30,620 bases of DNA, from NCBI GenBank assembly GCA_043798815.1, contig JAZDOH010000030.1, positions 1-30,620 on the forward strand. The letters are read 5' to 3'. Source of the stretch: Candidatus Peregrinibacteria bacterium. Lineage in GTDB: Bacteria; Patescibacteriota; Gracilibacteria; UM-FILTER-43-11. Every line of letters begins with the position of its first letter. Position 1 is the first letter of the stretch. Position numbers and translations under genes: made by a program. Positions 18,101-26,735 of the stretch are shown here, piece after piece. A model generated the notes under the pieces. It saw nothing but the letters and a program-made list of their open reading frames with translations. It was not told where the DNA came from and did no database searches.

Positions 18101-18972
18101 CATTTTTGCCCGACGGCACTCCGGTCGACATCATTTTAAACCCCCTCGGCGTGTCGAGCCGTATGAACATCGGCCAGATTCTTGAAACCCATTTGGGCTG
18201 GGCGGCAGATGTGTTGGGGATTCGAGTGGCCACCCCCGCTCTTAATGGAATGCTCCTCGATCAAATCGAAACTCTGATGAAAGACGCCGGATTGCCACAA
18301 GACGGCAAACTCCAACTGTTTGACGGCCGCACCGGAGAGCCTTTCTATTACAAGTCTGTGGTTGGCAAGGTGTACATGCTCAAACTGCTCCATTTAGTGG
18401 AAGATAAACTCCATGCCCGCAGCGTCGGCCCTTACTCCCTCGTCACTCAGCAGCCTTTGGGAGGGAAGGCGCAGCATGGAGGCCAACGTTTCGGGGAAAT
18501 GGAAGTGTGGGCACTCGAGGCTTATGGCGCCGCTCATACGCTCCAGGAGATGCTCACCATTAAATCCGATGACGTCATCGGCCGCGCCAAGGCTTACGAA
18601 TCCATCGTCAAAGGTGAATCCATCCGCACGCCCAGCGTGCCGGAAAGTTTTAATGTTCTCGTGAAAGAACTCAAGAGCTTGTGTTTGGATGTCGGGCTTC
18701 TGAAAGAAAAGACCCCTGAAAAATTGGAAGAAGTTCCTCTTGAAAAAGTGATCGTAATTCTGGATGACGAGAGCGAAGTTCCCGAAGCCCACCAAATCCG
18801 CGAGTTCAAAGCCGGCAGTGAATCAGAAGAAGAGCTGACCGCGGAAATCATCGGTCGCTCGGGTGGAGATCGAAGTGTTGTGAAGTCTCTGGAAGACAAA
18901 CTTACCGAAGACGAAGCTCCGGAAGGCAAACTTTCCACTCGCGACCTCAAGGCGCTGGAAGAAGAGAAATAA
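15142..18972 (+). CDS. rpoB: RNA polymerase beta subunit
   Basis: Motifs [44 protein letters not shown] and [18 protein letters not shown]. The start is 15142 or possibly 15196. Confidence 0.99.
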   Translation: [1276 protein letters not shown]

Positions 18973-19009
18973 TTAATCATTTAATATTTAGAATTTAAAA
19001 TTTATTTTT

Positions 19010-19429
19010 ATGCGCAGTGTTAACAAAGTTCTTCTCATCGGCAATTTAACCCGTGATCCCGAAATCAAACAAACCGGGAACGGCCAGACCATCGTCACCT
19101 TTGGAATGGCGACCAATCGCGAGTGGGTCACACAAGGAGGTGAAAAAAAGTCCCTCGCCGAGTTCCACAATGTGGTGGCCTGGGGCCGCTTGGCGGATAT
19201 TTGCGGCAAATTCCTTAAAAAAGGAAAATTCGTCTATGTGGAAGGGTATTTAAAGACCCGCTCCTGGGATTCTCCCGAAGGAGTTAAAATTTTTAAGACC
19301 GAGATCGTGGCGCAAGACATGATCATGCTTGAAAAACGCCCCAAAGAAGAAGGGGTAATCGCCGAAGAAATAGAAACCTTCTCTCCCGAAGCGAATCCGG
19401 GGGAAATGGACGAAATTCCTCCCGTCTAA
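19010..19429 (+). CDS. ssb: Single-stranded DNA-binding protein
   Basis: Motifs VNKVLLIGNLTRDPE, FHNVVAW, KGKFVYVEGYLKTRSW and TEIVA. Confidence 0.95.
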   Translation: MRSVNKVLLIGNLTRDPEIKQTGNGQTIVTFGMATNREWVTQGGEKKSLAEFHNVVAWGRLADICGKFLKKGKFVYVEGYLKTRSWDSPEGVKIFKTEIVAQDMIMLEKRPKEEGVIAEEIETFSPEANPGEMDEIPPV

Positions 19430-19471
19430 ATCATTAAGAATTCGATATTAGAAATTTAATCATTTTATTCT

Positions 19472-22400
19472 ATGGTTCCATCCAAAGGTAAAGGTCCCCA
19501 ACGTCACGAAGACTTTGATGCCATCAGCTTAGCTGTGGCGAGTCCTGAAGCGATCCTCAGTTGGTCGCACGGAGAGGTGACCAAACCCGAAACCATCAAT
19601 TACCGCACCCAAAAACCCGAACGCGATGGACTGTTTTGCGAAAAGATTTTTGGTCCCACCAAAAACTGGGAATGCTATTGCGGCAAATACAAGCGCATCC
19701 GGTATCGCGGAGTTGTGTGTGAAAAATGCGGCGTGGAAGTCACCCGTTCCATCGTCCGCCGCGAACGGATGGGGCACATCAGTTTGGCGGTGCCCGTCAC
19801 CCACATCTGGTTTTTGCGCTCCACCCCCAGCCGCGTGGGATTGCTTTTGGATCTCCCAATCAAAGCGATTGAGCAGGTGATTTATTTCGCCGCATACATC
19901 GTGATCGAAGTCGATGACAAGGGGAAAAAAGAAGCCCTCGTTCAATTGGATGAAGATTATAAAAAATACAAGAAGCAGATTCAGGAGGAATTCAAAGACA
20001 AGAGCAGTGATCTGAAGCATAAAAAGAAAGACAAAAAAGTGAAAAAAGAGGAATCGGAAGGAGTTGATCCCCAGGAATTGGTCAAATTGGAAGATTCTTA
20101 CGCGCAAAAAATTGAAGAACTCGACAATCAACATCGCCAGGCCAAAAACGATTTGGTGAGCCTACACATGGGCAAGGTGGTTGGAGAAGTGGAATACCGT
20201 GATCTTTCCATGAAATTCGGCCATGTGTTCCGGGCCGGAACAGGCGCGGAATCCATTCGCCGCATCCTGGAATCCATCAACCTGGAAAAATTCATCAAAT
20301 CCCTGGAAGCGGAATGCACGCAAAGCACGGGCCAACGCCAAAAAAAGCTCATCCGCCGTCTCGCGTTTTCCAGCGCTCTCCACAAAGCTGGTATTCGGCC
20401 GGAGTGGATGGTGGTAACCCAGCTCCCCATCATTCCTCCCGACTTGCGGCCCATGGTGCAGCTCGATGGCGGCCGTTTCGCCGCCTCCGATCTCAACGAC
20501 TTGTATCGCCGTGTCATCAATCGCAACAATCGCCTTCGCCGTTTACTCGCCATCGGCGCTCCGGAAGTGATTTGCCGGAATGAAAAACGCATGCTGCAGG
20601 AAGCGGTGGACACCTTGTTCAATAATTCCGCACGCGGCGGCCGTGCCGTCTTCACCGCCGGTGACAAACGCAAACTCCGATCTTTGAGCGACATGCTCAA
20701 GGGAAAACAAGGCCGTTTCCGCCAAAACCTGCTCGGCAAACGCGTCGACTATTCCGGCCGTTCCGTAATCGTGGTGGGTCCGCGTCTCAAGCTCCACGAA
20801 TGCGGCATTCCCAAAGAAATGGCCCTTAAGCTCTTCAAGCCGTTTGTCATCGGCGAACTCATTCGTCAGGAATTGGCTCATAACGTTAAAGGAGCGGAAC
20901 GCCTGATTGAGGCCAGCAAAAAAGAGGTGTGGGATATTTTGGAACACCAAACTCAGGAGCGCTTTGTCCTACTCAATCGCGCGCCTACCCTGCATCGTCT
21001 GGGAATTCAAGCCTTTAAACCCGTACTAATCGAAGGCAAGGCCATCCAGATCCATCCGCTGGTCTGCGCGGCGTTCAACGCTGACTTTGACGGCGATCAA
21101 ATGGCCGTCCACTTGCCATTGTCTGAAGGGGCTCAAAAAGAAGCCAAAGAACTCATGCTTTCCAGCCACAACCTGCTCAAGCCTTCCGCCGGAGATCCAA
21201 TCATCACCCCGTCGCAAGACATGGTGCTTGGAGTGTACTTTTTGACCCAAGGGTTTAAAGGTAAAAAAGGTGAAGGCATGGCTTTTTCTGACATCAGTGA
21301 AGCAGTGAACGCTTACCGCATGGGTTGTGTTGATTTGCAGGCGTTCATCAAAGCCCGCGTACTCGCACCAAAAGATTCGGAAAACTCCACTCAAATTGTG
21401 GAAACCACCGTGGGACGTTTGATTTTCAATTCCATTTTACCGCCCCAAATACCCTACATGAATCAGGCATTGGGAAAGGATGATCTTCACACTCTTTTAG
21501 CCAATGTATTGGAACAAATCGGCTCTGAAGTCACCGCCAAATTGGCCGATGAAATCAAACGCATTGGCTTTAAATTTGCCACCAAATCCGGCATTTCCAT
21601 TTCGGTGTTCGACATGCTAACGCCCGAAGGACGCGATAACACCGTGCGCGATGCGGATGAAGTGATACGCAAGATCAACAATCAATACTGGAAAGGCTGG
21701 ATCACGGCGGACGAACGATACAATCACGCCATCCGGCTGTGGACCCGGGTCAAAAATGACGTCACGGCTCAGATGATCGAACGCTTCAAGAAATATCCTG
21801 AAAATCACATTTACTACATGATCGACTCCGGCGCCCGCGGCAACTGGGGGCAAATCACCCAGCTGTGCGGTATGAAGGGGCTGGTGGCCAATCCGAGCGG
21901 ACGCACCATCGAATTGCCGATCAAATCCAATCTCAAGCACGGCTTCTCCATTCTGGAATACTTCATCGCCACGCACGGAGGACGCAAAGGAAAATCCGAC
22001 ACGGCCCTTAAAACCGCCGAAGCCGGTTACCTCACCCGTCGTTTGGTGGATGCGGTGCAGGACATCGTGATCAAAGAAAACGATTGCGGTTCCGATCACC
22101 AGCACGCCGTAACCCGTGAAGAAAGCCAAAAAATCGGTGAAGAATTTGAAAATCGCATTTTCGGCCGCACCCTGGCTCAGGCCATCAAGCATCCCAAAAC
22201 CGGTAAAACCATTGCCGATAAGGGGGAAGAGGTCGACAATCGCATCACCGATCAAATCCGCACTCTTGGCGTTGGAGAAGTCAAAGTGCGCACCATCATG
22301 ACCTGCCGCACCGAAAACGGCATTTGCCAACGTTGCTACGGACGTGATCTGGGCACCAACAAAACCGTTGATTTGGGAACCGCAGTGGGAATCATTGCGG

Positions 22401-23377
22401 CGCAAAGCATCGGTGAACCAGGAACTCAGCTCACCATGCGCACGTTCCACATGGGAGGGGTTGCTGAGGGATCTGACATCACTCAAGGTCTCACTCGGGT
22501 GGAAGAACTCTTTGAAGCTCGTCAGCCTAAACGCACGGCTATTCTTTCGGAAATTGCCGGCCGTGTGAGCATCAAGCATAAAAAAGAGGGAATCGAAGCG
22601 GCCGTCACGGCGGAAAAGCTCGGTGAAGATCGTTACGAACTTTCTCCGGATTTTGACATTGTAGTCAAAAAAGGCGACAAGATTGAACCCAAACAAATCA
22701 TCGCCCGCTCCCAGTTCGACAAAACCACCCTTAAAGCCAAAGACGAAGGCAAAGTCATCGAAGTGAGGGACAACGTGATTGTGACCAAGCACACGGAACA
22801 CCATGTGAAGCTTTATACTTTCGATCCCCGCACTAATTTACTGGTCGCCAACAACCAACTGATTGAAAAAGGCACACCGCTCAATCGTGGTCATCTGAAT
22901 TTGCAGGAACTCCTCCTGATGACCGACGTGTACCCGGTGCAACGCTACATCATGAATGAGGTGCAGCACATTTACGCGTCGCAGGGGCAAACCATCAACG
23001 ACAAGCACATTGAAATCATCGTCAAACAGATGTTCTCCAAATGCCGCATCATCCATCCGGGGGGCAGTACTGGCTTGTTGTCCGGTGAAGTGCTCAATGT
23101 GGGGCGTTTGGAAAAATTGAATAATGAGCTCGCCAAAAAGAAGAAAAAGCCCATCCGCACCGAACGATTGCTCCTCGGAATTTCCCGCATCGCCATCACC
23201 ACGGAAAGCTGGCTTTCCGCCGCATCCTTTCAGGAAACCATCCGCGTTTTGGTGGAGGCCTCCACCACCAGAAAGGTAGATCGATTAAAAGGCTTGAAAG
23301 AGAATGTTATCATTGGTAAACTCATCCCCGCTGGTCAAGTTTTCCGAGACAGTTTAACCTCTAAAAAAGCTAAGTAA
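19472..23377 (+). CDS. rpoC: RNA polymerase beta' subunit
   Basis: Motifs [17 protein letters not shown]...[41 protein letters not shown] and GLKENVIIG. Confidence 0.99.
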   Translation: MVPSKGKGPQRHEDFDAISLAVASPEAILSWSHGEVTKPETINYRTQKPERDGLFCEKIFGPTKNWECYCGKYKRIRYRGVVCEKCGVEVTRSIVRRERMGHISLAVPVTHIWFLRSTPSRVGLLLDLPIKAIEQVIYFAAYIVIEVDDKGKKEALVQLDEDYKKYKKQIQEEFKDKSSDLKHKKKDKKVKKEESEGVDPQELVKLEDSYAQKIEELDNQHRQAKNDLVSLHMGKVVGEVEYRDLSMKFGHVFRAGTGAESIRRILESINLEKFIKSLEAECTQSTGQRQKKLIRRLAFSSALHKAGIRPEWMVVTQLPIIPPDLRPMVQLDGGRFAASDLNDLYRRVINRNNRLRRLLAIGAPEVICRNEKRMLQEAVDTLFNNSARGGRAVFTAGDKRKLRSLSDMLKGKQGRFRQNLLGKRVDYSGRSVIVVGPRLKLHECGIPKEMALKLFKPFVIGELIRQELAHNVKGAERLIEASKKEVWDILEHQTQERFVLLNRAPTLHRLGIQAFKPVLIEGKAIQIHPLVCAAFNADFDGDQMAVHLPLSEGAQKEAKELMLSSHNLLKPSAGDPIITPSQDMVLGVYFLTQGFKGKKGEGMAFSDISEAVNAYRMGCVDLQAFIKARVLAPKDSENSTQIVETTVGRLIFNSILPPQIPYMNQALGKDDLHTLLANVLEQIGSEVTAKLADEIKRIGFKFATKSGISISVFDMLTPEGRDNTVRDADEVIRKINNQYWKGWITADERYNHAIRLWTRVKNDVTAQMIERFKKYPENHIYYMIDSGARGNWGQITQLCGMKGLVANPSGRTIELPIKSNLKHGFSILEYFIATHGGRKGKSDTALKTAEAGYLTRRLVDAVQDIVIKENDCGSDHQHAVTREESQKIGEEFENRIFGRTLAQAIKHPKTGKTIADKGEEVDNRITDQIRTLGVGEVKVRTIMTCRTENGICQRCYGRDLGTNKTVDLGTAVGIIAAQSIGEPGTQLTMRTFHMGGVAEGSDITQGLTRVEELFEARQPKRTAILSEIAGRVSIKHKKEGIEAAVTAEKLGEDRYELSPDFDIVVKKGDKIEPKQIIARSQFDKTTLKAKDEGKVIEVRDNVIVTKHTEHHVKLYTFDPRTNLLVANNQLIEKGTPLNRGHLNLQELLLMTDVYPVQRYIMNEVQHIYASQGQTINDKHIEIIVKQMFSKCRIIHPGGSTGLLSGEVLNVGRLEKLNNELAKKKKKPIRTERLLLGISRIAITTESWLSAASFQETIRVLVEASTTRKVDRLKGLKENVIIGKLIPAGQVFRDSLTSKKAK

Positions 23378-23793
23378 TGCCAACCATCAACCAACTCGTT
23401 CGCCGGTCTCGCAGGAATCCCGGACACAAGAGTAAATCTCCGGCACTGCAATTTGCCTGGAATTCCCTGAACAATCGCCCTGTGGACCTTCCGGATGGCG
23501 CTCCTCAAAAACGAGGCGTGTGCATCAAGGTGGGAACCATGACGCCCAAAAAGCCGAACTCCGCGTTGCGCAAATTCGCCAAGGTTCGTTTGACAAATGG
23601 CATGGAAGTGAACGCGTACATCGGCGGCGAAGGCCACAACCTCCAGGAACACTCGGTGGTGATGATCCAGGGCGGACGCGTCAAAGATCTCCCGGGCATG
23701 CGCTACCACATCGTTCGCGGCCTTTTGGACACACAAGGAGTGCAGAATAGGAAGCAGGGAAGGAGCCGCTACGGAGCAAAACGACCTAAATAA
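23377..23793 (+). CDS. rpsL: 30S ribosomal protein S12
   Basis: Motifs [20 protein letters not shown] and GRVKDLPG. It overlaps rpoC through TAATG. Confidence 0.99.
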   Translation: MPTINQLVRRSRRNPGHKSKSPALQFAWNSLNNRPVDLPDGAPQKRGVCIKVGTMTPKKPNSALRKFAKVRLTNGMEVNAYIGGEGHNLQEHSVVMIQGGRVKDLPGMRYHIVRGLLDTQGVQNRKQGRSRYGAKRPK

Positions 23794-23800
23794 TTTTTTT

Positions 23801-24259
23801 ATGGCTCAACAAAAAGCACGATACATGCCGGCAGGATCCACGGATTTGCAAGAAAAGTTCATCAATACGATGATGCGCTGTGGCAAAAAGGATTTGGCTC
23901 GCCGGATCTTTCAAACCTGCATGCACACCCTCCGCGAACAGGGGAATAAGAACCCGGAAGAACTTTTTGAAAAAGCTGTTAAAAACGTGATGCCTCAAAT
24001 GGAAATCCGTCCTCGCCGCGTGGGAGGAGCCGTGTACCAAATCCCCGTGGAAGTGAAGCCCAAACGCCAGCTCTCTCTCAGTATTCGCTGGATCGTCGGA
24101 GTTTGCCGCGACCGCCGGGGAAAACCCATGGCAGAAAAACTGGCGCAAGAACTCCTCGATGCCAGCAAAGAAACCGGCGCCGCCTTTAAAAAGCGTGAAG
24201 ACGTTCACCGCATGGCTCAAGCCAACAAGGCCTTCGCGCATTTTGCGAAGTATAATTAA
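23801..24259 (+). CDS. rpsG: 30S ribosomal protein S7
   Basis: Motifs KFINTMMRCGKK, RRVGGAVYQIPVEV and KKREDVHRMAQANKAFAHF. Confidence 0.98.
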   Translation: MAQQKARYMPAGSTDLQEKFINTMMRCGKKDLARRIFQTCMHTLREQGNKNPEELFEKAVKNVMPQMEIRPRRVGGAVYQIPVEVKPKRQLSLSIRWIVGVCRDRRGKPMAEKLAQELLDASKETGAAFKKREDVHRMAQANKAFAHFAKYN

Positions 24260-24295
24260 AAGGTTAATGGGGCACCGCTGGCAGGTAAGGACACA

Positions 24296-24396
24296 GAAAG
24301 GGTTCCTTTTTTGCCCCGCCTTGGCGTGGTCATCCAAAGGTAACACTTTTGAAAAGTGCCCTTGATGTGCCACGTGGGAAAGTTCTATTTTTGGCG
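24296..24396 (-). repeat. Intergenic repeat family, copy 3 (GC hairpin inserted in the dyad spacer)
   Basis: 24329-24356 vs 25254-25281 (27/28) and 24348-24396 vs 13404-13452 (44/49). The spacer carries CCCGCCTTGGCGTGG at 24315-24329. Confidence 0.88.
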
Positions 24397-24462
24397 GATT
24401 CGATTTGGAACAAGCAGGTTGTACAATTCAGCAATTTGTATTCCCCCTTGTGAGCCGTTTTT

Positions 24463-24525
24463 CACTCTTTTTAAAAATGTACCCTTTAGATACCAAAATA
24501 GGACAAAAAGGGACACTTTTTTTGG
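24463..24525 (+). repeat. Intergenic repeat family, copy 4 (left inverted repeat of cassette 2)
   Basis: CACTCTTTTTAAAAATGTACCCTTTAG...CAAAAAGGGACACTTTTTTT parallels 10742-10801, with the 20-nt block CAAAAAGGGACACTTTTTTT identical. Confidence 0.85.
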
Positions 24526-24694
24526 TTCTCTAAGTAGGACAAGCCGCTGAGGCGGTTTGACAGCCCACATGATTTACTTTTTAATAAATTACGTATAGAA
24601 ACGAGTTGGGCGAAATTTCTAAAAAATTGTATGGCATTTTGCAAAAATAAATAATACAATGAATGTCGTAAAATAATTTTATTTTTAAAATCAT

Positions 24695-25129
24695 ATGGAA
24701 ACATCAAACAATTCATTATCAAATCAACAAGTATCTCGTCCTTGGCAAGGTACAATGCTTGGCGTTCTTAATATTATTAGCTTGATACTTCTCGGAATAA
24801 CTTTAGTGTTTTTTATTATTATGATGGTTGGTGGAGGTGCCATGTTTTCTGAGATGGTACAAGGAAGTGGCTTACCAATTGCTAGCATGTTTGGCGCTAT
24901 GGGAGCTCTTTTGCTTGTACCATTAATATTAATTTTTACATTGGGTATTTTTATCACAAGGGGGATTTTTAAGGGTCAAAAATGGGCTATTATTGTTACA
25001 ATGATTTTCACCGTATTAGCATTGCTGTATTCATTATTTGATGTAGTTATTGTGTCTATAATAATCAATGGTCTATTTTTGTATGCTGAAGTTATTTGTT
25101 TGAAAAATCCTTTTTACAATAAAAAATAA
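24695..25129 (+). CDS. Hypothetical integral membrane protein (about 4 TM helices, AT-rich)
   Basis: A 144-aa, strongly hydrophobic ORF with A/T-rich codons. Confidence 0.75.
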   Translation: METSNNSLSNQQVSRPWQGTMLGVLNIISLILLGITLVFFIIMMVGGGAMFSEMVQGSGLPIASMFGAMGALLLVPLILIFTLGIFITRGIFKGQKWAIIVTMIFTVLALLYSLFDVVIVSIIINGLFLYAEVICLKNPFYNKK

Positions 25130-25184
25130 AATCCTTGAATAAGTACATTTTTTAGGAACATCGCCTAACTATTCTGTTCTATAT

Positions 25185-25285
25185 GCAGTTTTGTTCTTTT
25201 GGCTTGGGTTTCCTGTGAGCGTCAAATTGAAGTGTCCATTTTTTGCAGGTTTAGTCATCCAAAGGGAACACTTTTGAAAAGGGCC
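25185..25285 (-). repeat. Intergenic repeat family, copy 5 (right inverted repeat of cassette 2)
   Basis: Colinear direct match to 13316-13415. Confidence 0.92.
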
Positions 25286-25411
25286 TAAAGTGCTCCACCA
25301 GAAGGAAGTCACTAGCGCGAAAGGAAACCTTTTACAGGCAATCGCTGGGCGCCATCGCGCGCAGACCCGCCTTTTACACCCTTTTTAAAATTGAGTATAA
25401 TGCGGTTTGCG

Positions 25412-26449
25412 ATGAAAAAATTGAAATTTTTTACCTTTGTTTTATTTTTGATCAGCTTGCTACCTTTGGCACGTGCGGCGGATGCGACGACGACGTTTTT
25501 GGATGTGCCGCGAACGGATGGGCAGTTTCTTTCCATTCAATATTTCACGGAACAAAAAGTAGTGAATGGGTATGCCGACAATACGTTTAAACCGGAAAAT
25601 CCGATCAACCGCGCGGAGGCGCTCAAGCTCATTTTGGCAAATGCGGGCGCTCGGCTTCCCACCACTTTAAATCAGCCGCCGTTTTCCGATGTGAAACTGG
25701 AAGACTGGTTTGCGCCGTACGCGGCGGCAGGACTGAATCTCAATATTGTTTCCGGCGACGGAGACTCCAAAACTTTTTCCGCGGGGCGGCAGGTGAATAA
25801 GGCCGAACTGCTCAAAATGCTCTTTGCGGCTCACAAAGTCAAAGTCCCCGCGGTCGCGGAAGATCAGGTCGCGCGTTTTTCCGATGTTCCCGCGGACACT
25901 TGGTTTGCCCCCATTTTGCACCATGCAGCCAGTCTTGGAATCATCGCGCCCAGTGCGTCAGGATTGCTTCGTCCGGCACAACCGCTCACACGGGGGGAAG
26001 TGATCGAGATTTTGTATTTGTTTGAACTCATCCGCAAAGGCAACGACACTCAATTTCTCCTCGATCAAACCGAAAAACATCTCAACCAAATCGAAATTTA
26101 CGTGGCGGCCAACCGCGTGGATTTGGCCAAAAAAACTTCCAAGCTCGGCGTGGATTTGTCGCAACAGACGATGAAGAATTTGCCGGGAAACAACGTGGTG
26201 CTCGGCGCCGCCAAGCTCGCCCGCGCCTATGATTTTTTAGTCGACGCTTTTCGTTTGGGAACAGAACGCAAATTCATCGAAGCGGCCGAAAATGCCAACG
26301 GGGCTATTGTAAAAGCCGGTGAAGCCTGGCAGGCCAACAACGCTACTCAGCCCATTGCCAAACACATCAAAGACCGTGCACGTGAAATTTTGGCACAAGT
26401 GGGCGGAATCGAATGGCCCAATGGCCAGCCGCCTGCGAAAGAGAATTGA
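25412..26449 (+). CDS. Secreted S-layer homology (SLH) domain protein
   Basis: Signal peptide MKKLKFF...LARAA. Three SLH repeats (FLDVP...GYADNTFKPENPINRAE, FSDVK...W...VNKAE, FSDVP...W...LTRGE) and a helical C-terminus. TATAAT at 25396-25401 favours the ATG at 25412. Confidence 0.9.
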   Translation: MKKLKFFTFVLFLISLLPLARAADATTTFLDVPRTDGQFLSIQYFTEQKVVNGYADNTFKPENPINRAEALKLILANAGARLPTTLNQPPFSDVKLEDWFAPYAAAGLNLNIVSGDGDSKTFSAGRQVNKAELLKMLFAAHKVKVPAVAEDQVARFSDVPADTWFAPILHHAASLGIIAPSASGLLRPAQPLTRGEVIEILYLFELIRKGNDTQFLLDQTEKHLNQIEIYVAANRVDLAKKTSKLGVDLSQQTMKNLPGNNVVLGAAKLARAYDFLVDAFRLGTERKFIEAAENANGAIVKAGEAWQANNATQPIAKHIKDRAREILAQVGGIEWPNGQPPAKEN

Positions 26450-26477
26450 TTGACAAAATCTCTTTTCTAGTTATAAT
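26450..26477 (+). promoter_or_regulatory. Consensus sigma70 promoter
   Basis: TTGACA at 26450-26455, 16 nt spacer, TATAAT at 26472-26477. Confidence 0.7.
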
Positions 26478-26498
26478 TATAGCCTTTTACTCTTATTT

Positions 26499-26735
26499 AT
26501 GGATAGAGGTGATCGTTTTTCAAATGCTGGCGCCTTGCGTGAATTACTGCATTTGCTGGGAGATGCCAGTTTTGAGAGAATGATGACTGTCGCTGAACAC
26601 CTGGTTGCTGTCACTCGTCTTCCAGTCACCGTAATTGTTCACGGAGGAAGACCGGCACTGCAAGATAGGGAAACAGGAAGAATCGTCACCCTGAGAGAAT
26701 TGCTCACAAGAGCTTTGGCTCGCGCTCAAAATTAA
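26499..26735 (+). CDS. Small hypothetical protein (78 aa)
   Basis: The ORF fills the gap, sits behind a consensus promoter, and its stop overlaps the convergent GGDEF gene stop. Confidence 0.6.
   Translation: MDRGDRFSNAGALRELLHLLGDASFERMMTVAEHLVAVTRLPVTVIVHGGRPALQDRETGRIVTLRELLTRALARAQN

Larger units (their letters stand above)
24463..25290. mobile_element. Candidate inverted-repeat-bounded gene cassette 2
   Basis: Same layout as cassette 1: forward copy, AT-rich ORF, reverse copy. Confidence 0.5.

Noticed and set aside
19900-20170. Lys/Glu-rich coiled-coil insertion in RpoC
   Set aside because: It sits where N-terminal beta' insertions are already known in several Terrabacteria lineages, so it is not evidently new.
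10741-25285. CRISPR array or IS element
   Set aside because: There is no regular repeat-spacer periodicity, no cas genes and no transposase. Copies are kilobases apart and in both orientations.
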